From NCBI GenBank assembly GCA_002414865.1, contig DIAQ01000098.1:1039-65038 (forward strand): a DNA stretch of 64,000 nt. The letters are read 5' to 3'. Source of the DNA: a candidate division Hyd24-12 bacterium UBA5074. Lineage in GTDB: Bacteria > Fermentibacterota > Fermentibacteria > Fermentibacterales > Fermentibacteraceae. Positions 1 through 9,108 of this stretch are shown one piece after another. The position numbers and the translations under genes are program-made. The notes under the pieces were generated by a model, which had not been told where the DNA came from, did not search any database, and was given only the letters and a program-made list of their open reading frames with translations. Position 1 is the first letter of the stretch. The number at the start of each line of letters is the position of its first letter.

Positions 1-37
1 GTCTGCCTTGCCCTTCTTGTGCTTGATCGTACTCCAT

Positions 38-826
38 TTATTGTGACCGGACATCGCTTCCTCCCCCTTGTGCGCGCGGCACCGTGTGGTGTTCGATTCG
101 CCCTTCAGGAACCGTTCTATCGCTGATGACCGGCTGGTCGACGCTCCTGCCGAAACAGCCGAGGATGGCCCTCGCATCGGCAAGAGAGTTATATGGCACA
201 ACGGACTTCACCCCCGCAACGGAGAATCCGCCGTCCACCGCAGTGAACGGTATCGCGGCAATCCGGGAGTGGAGAGGGGCCACCGACACCTCCGCGCAGG
301 CCAGGCTCCCGGGCTGCCGGACCTCCCTCGAGAGGACGAGTATCCGGGCCAGCTCGATCGCATCGTCCAGGCTCACGCATCCTCCGGCCATCATCGAAGG
401 TCCCGTCGAAGCCCACCCGAGGTCGCCCGCCGATCTCGTCAGCTCCAGCCCCAGGTCAATCGCCCTCTCGGTCAGGAAGGCCGGGACGAAGAGCATTTCA
501 CCGCTCCTCCGGGGAGGCGCTTCGATCAGCCCCGGCCGCCCCTCGACGAGGAACTCCGGAGTGTCTGCCGGGAAGCCCGACTCCCTTGGTCTCGAGAAGC
601 GCTTCGTGATCTCAGTCTCCGCTTCGAGCATCCAGAACGGGAGATGCCCGGTGCAGCCCCCTGGGCCCGGCTCCGCGGACTCCAGGGCCAAGGGCGTTAG
701 CGAGGTGCCCGCGATCTGCCAGCAGACGCTGCAGCGCGGACAGAGGAAGAGCAGGTCGCCGGGCAGGCCTTCGAGCCCTCCGCCGCACCCGCCGCAGCGC
801 AGGAGTATCATGCCCTCAGACGACAT
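38..826 (-). CDS. Zinc-ribbon protein of unknown function (array member A)
   Basis: Complete 262-aa ORF. N-terminal C-x2-C...C-x2-C ribbon (RCGGCGG...CPRCSVC). No recognisable catalytic domain. Start overlaps the stop of the upstream paralog-like gene by 11 nt. Confidence 0.5.
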   Translation of the reverse strand: MSSEGMILLRCGGCGGGLEGLPGDLLFLCPRCSVCWQIAGTSLTPLALESAEPGPGGCTGHLPFWMLEAETEITKRFSRPRESGFPADTPEFLVEGRPGLIEAPPRRSGEMLFVPAFLTERAIDLGLELTRSAGDLGWASTGPSMMAGGCVSLDDAIELARILVLSREVRQPGSLACAEVSVAPLHSRIAAIPFTAVDGGFSVAGVKSVVPYNSLADARAILGCFGRSVDQPVISDRTVPEGRIEHHTVPRAQGGGSDVRSQ

Positions 827-1886
827 GGTCGTTTCCTCTCCGCTCTATCCCGTCGAGGACCGCGAGCAGCTTGACGGTGGCCGCGACGAGCGCCACCAGA
901 ACGGCCAGCATCACGGCCGGGCAGCCTGTCGCGGGCGCCGATGGCGAAGCAGTGGCCATCCGCGCCAGGGAGACCGCGATCGACGGGACCAGCGCCCCCC
1001 AGACGGCTCCCGCGACGGCGGCCACTATGTGCCTGTCCTCCCTCGGCCCGGGGAACCTGCCGCTCAGGACCGAGCCGGTGCGGCCATCCACGACGACCTT
1101 GTAGCGCGAGCCCCAGGCGTCGAAGGACATCACCCAGAGAGGGTAGTAGATGAGGGACACCCTGGTTCCCGTGACCGCCACCCTCGCCCATTTCTGCTCC
1201 AGACCCCGGGAGACGCCCTGCGAGAGCCTCTGCAGCACGGTCGAAGCCTTGGCCACCGCAGTGCTGACATGCACGGTGGGATTCACCAGCACGCCCGCGG
1301 CCACATCGGAGCGATCCAGCACCACGAGACCTTCCGGAACAACATCCTGCTGTATTTCCATGCCTTCGATGGCGAGCTGCGACCTGTCGGACAGCGATGG
1401 TATGCCGAGTGCCTCGAGGTCCGCCCCGCTGATGTTGATCCCGGTGAGGAGGCGGATGTCCTTCTCCACGGCCCGCCAACCCGATCTCGTCCTGATGGTG
1501 CGCCGCGCCGTGGTGCTCCAGCTCTCCTGGTTGTCGCTCTCGCTCACGACCGGGACCTCCTGCTCGCGCCATACCGGCTCCACACCCAGAGCCACGCCGG
1601 TCACCTGGGCGTTGATCCGCCAGTACGGGACGAAATAGAGAACGGGAGGCCTCACCCTTGCACGGGTCGCCGTGCCACGGCGCACGTCCGGGCCGTCGAG
1701 GATCCGCCTCACTATCCTCATGCACTCCGTGGAGTCGGTCAGCGAAGGCATCAGGAACCTCGGGATGCCCTCCGCCAGCCTGACGGAGCTCCCGCAGCTC
1801 GCACAGGTCCCTGCCACGTCGCCATCCCTCATCTCCAGGGGGCTGCCGCAGGCAGGACAGGTCAGGGCGCGGGCGAACTCAGACAT
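816..1886 (-). CDS. Zinc-ribbon tail-anchored membrane protein (array member B)
   Basis: 356-aa ORF. N-terminal CPAC...CASCG ribbon, central YFVPYW and VVVDGRTG motifs, single C-terminal hydrophobic helix. Shares motif order with member C. Confidence 0.55.
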   Translation of the reverse strand: MSEFARALTCPACGSPLEMRDGDVAGTCASCGSSVRLAEGIPRFLMPSLTDSTECMRIVRRILDGPDVRRGTATRARVRPPVLYFVPYWRINAQVTGVALGVEPVWREQEVPVVSESDNQESWSTTARRTIRTRSGWRAVEKDIRLLTGINISGADLEALGIPSLSDRSQLAIEGMEIQQDVVPEGLVVLDRSDVAAGVLVNPTVHVSTAVAKASTVLQRLSQGVSRGLEQKWARVAVTGTRVSLIYYPLWVMSFDAWGSRYKVVVDGRTGSVLSGRFPGPREDRHIVAAVAGAVWGALVPSIAVSLARMATASPSAPATGCPAVMLAVLVALVAATVKLLAVLDGIERRGNDHVV

Positions 1887-2544
1887 GTCGCGGATCGACC
1901 ATCCTGGCCACTGCGCCGGCCGCGAATGCGGAGATCATCGAAACGCCCATGCAGGCAGCCTCCGAAGCCCCGGCCAGCGAGCAGGCTCCGTAGGCGAGTA
2001 CCGATGCGCCCGAGGCGAAGGCAAGGATCCTGAAGAACGTCCGGGAGGGCATGGCCGAGGGGGAATCGTTCCCCGGCGGGGCTCCCGACGAGGTGTCGAG
2101 TCCGGAGACCCCGTCCACGAAGGTCATCCTCGCGCTCCCGGGGTTCCTGCAGGTGACCTCGTAGAAGGGGTGGAAGACCACCCTGCCGGCTCCCGGATCG
2201 TCGTACATCGGGATGAGGGAGTCGGGATCCGCCGCTTCCTCCGAGAGCACCACCCCGGTGCCTGCCGGAGGGGTGTAGCCTGCAAGCTCGGGGACCGGAT
2301 GGCTGTAGAAGGGTCTGAGTCTCCCGGCGTCGATATAGGGGAAGTAGACGAGCCTGAGGGACAGGTCGGCTCCCGGGGGAAAGAGCCTGACGACGTCGTC
2401 CTCGCATGCGACGGGTCTGACGATCGTCACGTCGCTGCCCGGACTGCGGAACAGGTTCCGGGCGGAGCAGTGAGGGCACTTCAGGTAGAACTCCCTCTCC
2501 ATGACCGGGAGGGAGGCGCCGCACTGGCTGCAGCGCACCTTCAC
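1879..2544 (-). CDS. Zinc-ribbon tail-anchored membrane protein (array member C)
   Basis: The track ORF 1879..3408 runs out of frame through the upstream GT4 gene. An in-frame GTG at 2542-2544 overlaps the GT4 stop (GTGA) and gives a 221-aa protein. It has a CSQCG...CPHCS ribbon, LVYFPYI and TFVDGVSG motifs paralogous to member B, and a C-terminal TM helix. Confidence 0.5.
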   Translation of the reverse strand: MKVRCSQCGASLPVMEREFYLKCPHCSARNLFRSPGSDVTIVRPVACEDDVVRLFPPGADLSLRLVYFPYIDAGRLRPFYSHPVPELAGYTPPAGTGVVLSEEAADPDSLIPMYDDPGAGRVVFHPFYEVTCRNPGSARMTFVDGVSGLDTSSGAPPGNDSPSAMPSRTFFRILAFASGASVLAYGACSLAGASEAACMGVSMISAFAAGAVARMVDPRHV

Positions 2545-3665
2545 CGGATACCCGCCAGGGCGGTGAGGAACTCCTCGAGCGAGTCGAGCATGGCGTCCAT
2601 CCCGAACATCCTGCGGACCCTCTCCGCTGCCGCTGCGCCCATCCTCCCCCGGAGAACGGGGTCCGACAGGAGGGATTCCAGATCGGATGCGAGGGACGCG
2701 CAGTCGTCGAGAGGGAATATGAGGCCGGCGGCACCGTCCGCCCCAGCCACCTCGGGGAGGCTGCTCGCGTCTGACACAACGACGGGGACTCCGCAGGACA
2801 TGGCTTCGGCGGCCGCATAGCCGAACCCTTCGTTCTCGGACGGCATCGCGAGGATATCCAGGGAGTTGTAGCAGGCCCTCATTCCCGAGACGGGTCCGGT
2901 GTACACGACGCGGTCGGCTATCCCGCAGTCCCGCGCCGACTGCTCCACGGAGCGGAGGTGGATCGGCTTCGGGGAGGGACCGCACACGAGGATGCGCAGG
3001 TCGGGAAACCTCCCGGCCAGGGAGGCGGCTGCCCTGAACAGGGTGATGTGCCTCTTCCTCGGGAGGAGGCTGCCCACGATCCCGACCACGAGGTCGGACT
3101 GCCCGAGGCCGTGCAGGAGTCTGAATGCCTGTCCGGCTGACCTTTCCGGGAAGAAGGCGTCGGTGTCGATGCCGTTGTAGATCCTCACGACCTTCTCCGG
3201 CGGCAGCCACGCGTTCCTGGAGAGAACGCTCCTCCTCGTGGAGTCGCTGTTCACCAGGATCCTGTCGACCAGGTGGCGATAGGTGATTCTGTACCTGAGG
3301 CTGTTCTTGAAGCCGTAGTCGCTCCCGCGCCTGCGGGCGAACGGGATCCTCCCCGCAAGCCTCGCCGCCACCCCGAGAGTGCGCACCTCCCTGTCGAGGT
3401 TGCAGCACACGGCCTGCACGCGGGCCTCCCTGAGCATCCTAGCGGCCCTCAGCACGAGCGGCGGATCGAAGTCTCCCCTGATCGCCATGGCGCGAACCGA
3501 GAGGCCTCGCGCAGGCGCTCCGAGCGCCCGCTTCTGCAGCTCTCCGCCCTCCTGGCAGACGAGCATCACCTCGTGCCCCCTCGCCGCGAGTCCCGAGGCG
3601 GCGGTGAGGCTCCAGTTCTCCCCGCCTCCCCAGGTGCGCATGGAGTTGCTGATGGCGACCCTCAC
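2541..3665 (-). CDS. Glycosyltransferase family 4
   Basis: 374 aa with typical GT4/GT1 fold motifs (EGFGYAAAEAMSCGVPVV, PSxxEG). GTG start at 3663-3665 overlaps the metH stop (GTGA). Confidence 0.85.
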   Translation of the reverse strand: MRVAISNSMRTWGGGENWSLTAASGLAARGHEVMLVCQEGGELQKRALGAPARGLSVRAMAIRGDFDPPLVLRAARMLREARVQAVCCNLDREVRTLGVAARLAGRIPFARRRGSDYGFKNSLRYRITYRHLVDRILVNSDSTRRSVLSRNAWLPPEKVVRIYNGIDTDAFFPERSAGQAFRLLHGLGQSDLVVGIVGSLLPRKRHITLFRAAASLAGRFPDLRILVCGPSPKPIHLRSVEQSARDCGIADRVVYTGPVSGMRACYNSLDILAMPSENEGFGYAAAEAMSCGVPVVVSDASSLPEVAGADGAAGLIFPLDDCASLASDLESLLSDPVLRGRMGAAAAERVRRMFGMDAMLDSLEEFLTALAGIR

Positions 3666-6079
3666 GGGGAGCCCGCCCCTCCAGGGCCCGCCCTCGATGC
3701 GAGGAGCCCCTCGAGCACTCTGGCCGCGGCCACGGCGTCCTTCCCGTACAGCGCGCCGATCTCAGCCGCGAACTCCTCCGTGATCACGGCGCCTCCCACT
3801 ATCACGGCAGGCCCGCCACCCCCGGATGCGGACCTGAGGAGGGCGACCGTGGAGCGCAGGACCGGAAGGCTCGGAGTGAGCAGCGCGCTGAGCCCAACCA
3901 CGTCGGGCTTCTCCCTCGAAACGGCCGAGACGATCGCCTCGGCGGGCACGTCGCGGCCGAGGTCGACCACTTCCCATCCGTGGCCCTCGAGGACCGATGC
4001 CACGATGTTCTTGCCAATGTCGTGGACGTCACCCCGGACTGTTGCAAGCACGATCCTGCCGACCGCTCCCTCCCCGCCGGAGCGCCCGATGGAGGCGAAC
4101 GCCATCCTGACGGTTTCGGCGCCGGCGATGAGGGTCGGGAGGAAGAGACTCCCCGCCTCGTACCTCCTGCCCAGCTCCCTGGAGGCCTCGAGGAGGCTCC
4201 GCGCCGCCGACGCCCTGCCTCCCGGCCCTTCCGCCTCCGACGCCGCGAGTCTGGCCGCCGCCTCGGGATCTCCGGCCAGCACGGCATCCAGCAGGGTCTG
4301 CTCCCTGCCGGACCCGGGGGGCGCGGTGTCCTCCTGCCGCCCTCCTCCGCGGGAGCTCGAGACGAAGCGGGAAAGGGCCTCCGCATCCCCCGTCAGGGCT
4401 CCCGACGCGACGGACAGAGACATCAGACCGGGGTCGAGCGGATCCAGGATGGCGGCCGACAGCCCGGACTGGATCGCCCCTGCCAGGAACGCCCTGTTCA
4501 GGAGCCTCCTCCCGGGAAGGCCGAACGAGCAGTTGCTCAGACCGATGATCGTCGGCAGCCTGTACATGTCGCGGATCTCCCTGATGACCTCGTTCGTGAT
4601 CCGGGCCGACCCCGGCGAAGAGGCCTCCGCCATCACGACCGGGTCGATCAGGATGTCGGACGAGCCGAGTCCATTCCGATGCGCCGTCTCGAGCATGCCG
4701 TCGAGCAGCCTGAGCCTGCCGGTGGCGCTGCCAGGCACGCCTTCCGGACCGATCAGGAGGAGGATGGCGGCCGCCCCGTGCCTGGCCGCGAGCTCCAGTT
4801 CCCGCTCCAGCCTGTCCGGGATTCCCGGGATGGAGTTCACGACCGGCCTGCCCGCGTACTCGGCCATCCCTGCGTCGAGGACGCCCTCGTCCGAGGAGTC
4901 GAAGAGGAGAGGGGCCTGGGTGATGTTCTCCAGCGCCCTGGTCGCGAGGGGCACGAATTCCCTCTCCCTTGCCGGATCGCCCGTGCCGATGTTGAAGTCG
5001 AGCATCTCGGCGCCGGCGGAGGTCTGCTCGGCTGCGATCGCCTTCAGCACCGGGAGGGCTCCCCTGGCCACGGAGTCGGCGAGCTTCCTCCGGCCGGTGG
5101 GATTGATCCTCTCCCCGACGGGCCGGAAGGGATGGCCGGGACCCACGGGGAGGAAGACGAACCTGGAGGACGCCACGAAGCCGGCCGCCGGGGAGCGCTT
5201 CCTCACAGGCCTTCCCCTCACCGCAGCTGCGATCGCCGCCGTGCATTCCGGAGTCGAGCCGCAGCAGCTGCCGATCACCGAGGCGCCGATCTCCATCGCC
5301 TTCTCGGCGTAGGCGGCCATCCCGGCGGGGCCGGCCGGCCAGGAGAGGCAGTCCCCTCCCTGGACGGGAAGCCCTGCGTTGGACTGGACGGCCACGGGCA
5401 GGGGTGAAGTGCGCACAAGCTCCCGCAGGGCCTCCAGATTGCTCTCGATCGAGTCCCCGCAGTTGAGCCCCGCTGCTCCCGGACCCCACGCGGCCGCGAC
5501 CGACGAGAGAACTCCGGCCGGGGTGCCCGTCACAGTCCGGGCCGATCCCGAGAAGCTCATCTGCATGAGGATCGGGATGCTCCTGTCGAGCTCCCTGACC
5601 GCCATCACCGCGAGCCTCAGCTCCCTGATGTCCGTCATCGTCTCTATGGAGATCAGATCGACTCCCGCGCAGACCAGCAGCCTCGCGATTCCCCGGAAGC
5701 AGTCGAGGGCTTCGGAGGTGGCGAGGGGGCCGAACGGGAGCAGGAAGTCCCCCAGCGGGCCGATGGAGCCTGCAACGGCTGTCCTGGAGCCGCGGCAGCC
5801 ATCCCTTGCCGCCCTGACGGCCCTGTCCACTATCTCGGCCTGCCGCCCCTCGAGGCCGTGGCGCGCCAGCTGGATCCTGCCCGAGCAGAAGGTGTCCGTG
5901 GTGACGATGTCCGCACCTGCCTCGGCGTAGGCCTTGTGCAGCCTCGTCACCGCTCCGGGATCGCTCAGGAGCAGCTCGTCGGGCAGGCTCCCGCGGGGCA
6001 GCAGCGGCGACAGCATCGTCCCGACGGCTCCATCGGAGACGAGTATCTCCCTGCCAAGGCGCCCTAGAGCTTCCGCCAC
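3662..6079 (-). CDS. metH: Cobalamin-dependent methionine synthase core (Hcy-binding, pterin-binding and B12-binding domains; no C-terminal activation domain)
   Basis: 805 aa. Hcy S-methyltransferase domain (GAVGTML, CCGSTPE), pterin-binding barrel, and a B12-binding domain with D-x-H-x-x-G (GDVHDIGKNIV). Ends right after the B12 domain. Confidence 0.9.
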   Translation of the reverse strand: MAEALGRLGREILVSDGAVGTMLSPLLPRGSLPDELLLSDPGAVTRLHKAYAEAGADIVTTDTFCSGRIQLARHGLEGRQAEIVDRAVRAARDGCRGSRTAVAGSIGPLGDFLLPFGPLATSEALDCFRGIARLLVCAGVDLISIETMTDIRELRLAVMAVRELDRSIPILMQMSFSGSARTVTGTPAGVLSSVAAAWGPGAAGLNCGDSIESNLEALRELVRTSPLPVAVQSNAGLPVQGGDCLSWPAGPAGMAAYAEKAMEIGASVIGSCCGSTPECTAAIAAAVRGRPVRKRSPAAGFVASSRFVFLPVGPGHPFRPVGERINPTGRRKLADSVARGALPVLKAIAAEQTSAGAEMLDFNIGTGDPAREREFVPLATRALENITQAPLLFDSSDEGVLDAGMAEYAGRPVVNSIPGIPDRLERELELAARHGAAAILLLIGPEGVPGSATGRLRLLDGMLETAHRNGLGSSDILIDPVVMAEASSPGSARITNEVIREIRDMYRLPTIIGLSNCSFGLPGRRLLNRAFLAGAIQSGLSAAILDPLDPGLMSLSVASGALTGDAEALSRFVSSSRGGGRQEDTAPPGSGREQTLLDAVLAGDPEAAARLAASEAEGPGGRASAARSLLEASRELGRRYEAGSLFLPTLIAGAETVRMAFASIGRSGGEGAVGRIVLATVRGDVHDIGKNIVASVLEGHGWEVVDLGRDVPAEAIVSAVSREKPDVVGLSALLTPSLPVLRSTVALLRSASGGGGPAVIVGGAVITEEFAAEIGALYGKDAVAAARVLEGLLASRAGPGGAGSP

Positions 6080-6666
6080 CCCACCACCCCCGTCACCGTC
6101 TTGAGAGGGACGAGCATGAACCCCTCCCCGACCGTCACTCCCAGCCCGGGAAAGAGCTGCGTGAAATAGGCCTGGTTCTCCAGGCCGAGGTCCCCGAAGC
6201 CGGGGCTGAATCTGGCGGTCGCCCTCGAGCCCGTGGCCTCGGCTGCTTTCTTCTCATTGCGCTGGAACCATCTGGCGCATTCCTCCACGGTCTCGGACGC
6301 CGCCGCATCGAGGATCAGATGCCTGAGCGCATCGCCGCGCGCCGCGGATACGAGGGAATCGATGTCCGGGCCCAGCGTGGTCATGAAGAGGGTGGCGGAG
6401 GAGCACCCTTCCAGCCTCTTCGAGAGATCCGCGCTGTCGAAGACATGACGGGGGAGCTCGACGAGCCCCGGCCTCACCGACACCACCGCCTGCCTGCAGA
6501 ACGCCAGCCTGGCGTGCGATGCGGCCGCGACGTCGAGGAGCGCCTCCCGGAACCCCCGCGGGACATCCCCGGGACCGGCCTTCCTGCCCCTGCGCAGACG
6601 TGAGAGCACCCTGCCCGCGTCAGCCCTGCAGAGCATCTCCTCAACGCAGGAGATCGTCGAGCACAT
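6064..6666 (-). CDS. Standalone methionine synthase activation (AdoMet-binding) domain protein
   Basis: 200 aa. C-terminal region RFSPGFGDLGLENQ...LGVTVGEGFMLVPLKTVTGVVG matches the MetH reactivation-domain signature RxSPGYGDW...GV.LTES..M.P.KSVSG. Overlaps the metH start by 16 nt. Its own start could be the internal Met at ~6636. Confidence 0.7.
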   Translation of the reverse strand: MCSTISCVEEMLCRADAGRVLSRLRRGRKAGPGDVPRGFREALLDVAAASHARLAFCRQAVVSVRPGLVELPRHVFDSADLSKRLEGCSSATLFMTTLGPDIDSLVSAARGDALRHLILDAAASETVEECARWFQRNEKKAAEATGSRATARFSPGFGDLGLENQAYFTQLFPGLGVTVGEGFMLVPLKTVTGVVGWRKL

Positions 6667-8536
6667 CGTATCCGGAGAGCGCCGGCATGATGCAGATGCC
6701 CTCCACCCCCATCCCCCGCAGCGAGGCCATCACGGACCTCGTGAACTCGACGCCCTTCTCCCTCTGGCCCGCCTCGTCCCCCCCCGTCCTGAAGTACTCC
6801 ATGATCCGATCTGGTATGGAGATGCCCGGCACTTCGTTGCGCAGGTACTCCAGGCCCGCGAGGTCGGGCACGGGCATGACGCCGGCTATCACGGGCAGGC
6901 CGGTCTCCCCCAGCCTGCGGTAGAACGGCTCGAATGCCTCGACGTCGAATACGGGCTGGGTCTGGAGGAACCTGAGGCCGGCGCGCTGCTTCCTCTCCAC
7001 CGCCCTGATCTCGGAGTCGGGATCGCCGGGCGAGGAGGACACGCCCGTCCCGCAGAACACCCCGGTCGGGGCGTTGAGCCTGTTGCCGAGTATGTCCCTG
7101 CCCCTGTTGAGGAAATCGATCACCCTGACGAGGCCTTCCGACCGCACGTCGTAGACTGCCGTGGCGAACGGATAGTCGCCGATGCTGGGAGGATCGCCGG
7201 ACAGGGCGAGAACGTTCTTCAACCCCATGGCCGAGAATCCGAGGATGTCGGACTGGAGCGCGATGAGGTTCTTGTCGCGGCAGGTGGCGTGGACTACGAC
7301 CTCCAGGTTCAGCTCCCGCTGGACCAGGAGGGAGAAGGCCACCGGGGACATCCTCAGCCTTGCCATGGGCCCGTCGGAGACGTTCACCGCGTCCACGCCG
7401 CTGCCCTTGAGCCTCCTGAGCCTTTCGAGGAGCTTGGTTCCGTCGGGGCCCCTGGGCGGGTCCACTTCGACGCTGAGCACGGTGCGCCGCTCGAGCATCC
7501 TCGCGAGCGTGGTGTCGGGCCGGGGATCCGGCTCTCCTTCGTCAGGGGACGCATGGGCGATCCTCACGGGCTTCCTCGGACCCGGCGCGGAGCCTTCGAC
7601 CGCGGAGCGCATGGCGGCCACGTGTGACGGCGTGGTCCCGCAGCAACCTCCCACGAGACTGCATCCTGCGGCCACGAACTTCCCTGCGTAGTGCGCCAGG
7701 TGCTCGGGGTGACGAGGGTAGACGAACCTGCCTCTCTCGAAGCTCGCCAGTCCCGCGTTGGGCATGGCGCAGAGCCTGCGGGAGATGGTCCCGGCCAGCG
7801 CGCGGATAACCTTCAGCATGTCCATGGGACCCGTGCCGCAGTTGGCGCCGAGCACGTCGGCCCGTATCCCCTCCAGGGCGCTCCCGGCATCGAGGGGGTG
7901 CATGCCCCCGAGGGTGGTCCCGCCTTCGAGGAAGGTGAGCAGGGCCACGCAGGGCACGGAAGGATCCAGGGTCCTGAGCACTTCCACGCCTGCCTCCAGC
8001 TCGCAGGGATCTGAGAAGGTCTCGAACACGACGAGATCGACCCCCGCGGACAGCATGGCGGATATCTGTACCCGGAAGGCCTCCTCCATCAGCTCCGGAG
8101 GCGTCTCCACCAGGACCTCGGCCGGCCGTGTGAGAGGGCCGACCGACCCGGCGACGAGCCTCCCGCGGGCGGCCGACCTGGCGAGCCCGACTCCGGCGGC
8201 GGAGATGTCGGCGGACATGTCGCCGAGCCCGTAGTAGCGCTCGAGGATCAGGGGATTGGCGCCGAAGGTGTTCGTGGTGATCAGGTCGGCCCCGGCGGAG
8301 GCATAGTCCTCGTGCACGGAGCGGACGATCTCGGGCCGGGTGAGGTTGAGCTCGTCGTAGCAGCTGCCTCCGGGGGCTCCGCGATCGTACAGGAGGGTGC
8401 CCATGGCCCCGTCGAACAGGAGCACCCGGCCTTCGTCCAGCATCTCGAGGAAACGGCTCAAGGCGACCTCCGGAATCCGCTGCCGCGCGGGATCTTCCCG
8501 CCGGAACACCCCGGCTTTATGCATGAAAGCCCTCAC
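6641..8536 (-). CDS. Bifunctional homocysteine S-methyltransferase / 5,10-methylenetetrahydrofolate reductase (YitJ-like fusion)
   Basis: 631 aa. N-terminal Hcy-binding domain (FDGAMGT, GGCCGTTP) fused to a MetF/MTHFR TIM-barrel C-terminal half. Confidence 0.85.
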   Translation of the reverse strand: MRAFMHKAGVFRREDPARQRIPEVALSRFLEMLDEGRVLLFDGAMGTLLYDRGAPGGSCYDELNLTRPEIVRSVHEDYASAGADLITTNTFGANPLILERYYGLGDMSADISAAGVGLARSAARGRLVAGSVGPLTRPAEVLVETPPELMEEAFRVQISAMLSAGVDLVVFETFSDPCELEAGVEVLRTLDPSVPCVALLTFLEGGTTLGGMHPLDAGSALEGIRADVLGANCGTGPMDMLKVIRALAGTISRRLCAMPNAGLASFERGRFVYPRHPEHLAHYAGKFVAAGCSLVGGCCGTTPSHVAAMRSAVEGSAPGPRKPVRIAHASPDEGEPDPRPDTTLARMLERRTVLSVEVDPPRGPDGTKLLERLRRLKGSGVDAVNVSDGPMARLRMSPVAFSLLVQRELNLEVVVHATCRDKNLIALQSDILGFSAMGLKNVLALSGDPPSIGDYPFATAVYDVRSEGLVRVIDFLNRGRDILGNRLNAPTGVFCGTGVSSSPGDPDSEIRAVERKQRAGLRFLQTQPVFDVEAFEPFYRRLGETGLPVIAGVMPVPDLAGLEYLRNEVPGISIPDRIMEYFRTGGDEAGQREKGVEFTRSVMASLRGMGVEGICIMPALSGYDVLDDLLR

Positions 8537-8564
8537 CGGCGCAAGGAAGGGCGCAGGGAGCCCG

Positions 8565-9008
8565 TCAGACTGCCAGGGACTTCCTCATGTATCGCAGCCC
8601 GTCGCGCACGACATCGTCGCGCCAGCCCTCGTGGAGATAGAAGCCGTAGGCCCTGAGGGAGGTGTCGACGTCAGTGGTCAGCCAGGACTCCGACCACCCC
8701 TCGGCCGCCAGCCATCGCTCGACCAGGGAGATGAGCCGCGAGCCGATGCCGCGCCCCTCGTACTCCGGGAGGACCGCGATGACCCACATCTCGCCGGTGC
8801 CTGAGTTCCCCATCGCGAACCCCACGGTCCGCCCGCCTTCCTCGCAGAGCCATCCCCTGAAGCCCTCCGAGAGCATTTCCGTCACGGTCTCGGGCGTGAT
8901 GCCGAGCCTCTCCAGCTCCTGCATCGAATATGCGTTCTCCCGCGTGGCCACCCGCACCTCGAAGATGGAATCCATGTCGGAAACGGCGATCTCCCTGTAC
9001 TCTGGCAT
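8565..9008 (-). CDS. GNAT family N-acetyltransferase
   Basis: Acetyl-CoA-binding motif region (IAVLPEYEGRGIGSRLI). The track ORF has an 11-aa N-terminal extension; the start is more likely the Met at ~9008. Confidence 0.7.
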   Translation of the reverse strand: MPEYREIAVSDMDSIFEVRVATRENAYSMQELERLGITPETVTEMLSEGFRGWLCEEGGRTVGFAMGNSGTGEMWVIAVLPEYEGRGIGSRLISLVERWLAAEGWSESWLTTDVDTSLRAYGFYLHEGWRDDVVRDGLRYMRKSLAV

Positions 9009-9108
9009 CCGTCCTCCCCGGGAAGTGCTCCCGGCGCCCACCGGTTATCCCGATATATGAAGGGAAGGCGGCCGGTCGAAGAGGCCGGCGGAACCCGGGG
9101 AGGGTGCG

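Noticed and set aside
84-2033. 649-aa plus-strand ORF
   Set aside because: Arg/Pro/Ser-rich low-complexity translation typical of the antisense frame in high-GC DNA. Fully overlapped by three coherent minus-strand genes.
1879-3408. 509-aa minus-strand ORF as a single gene
   Set aside because: Its upstream two-thirds is an out-of-frame read through the GT4 gene (2541..3665). The real gene starts at the GTG at 2544.
3273-5489. Long ORFs 3273..5312(+), 3980..5407(+), 4029..5489(-)
   Set aside because: Alternate or antisense frames of metH. Gly/Arg/Pro-rich, no domain features.
9009-9108. Possible SAM or cobalamin riboswitch upstream of the GNAT-met gene run
   Set aside because: The 100-nt divergent intergenic region shows no recognisable riboswitch consensus by eye. 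Cannot be assessed without covariance-model search.
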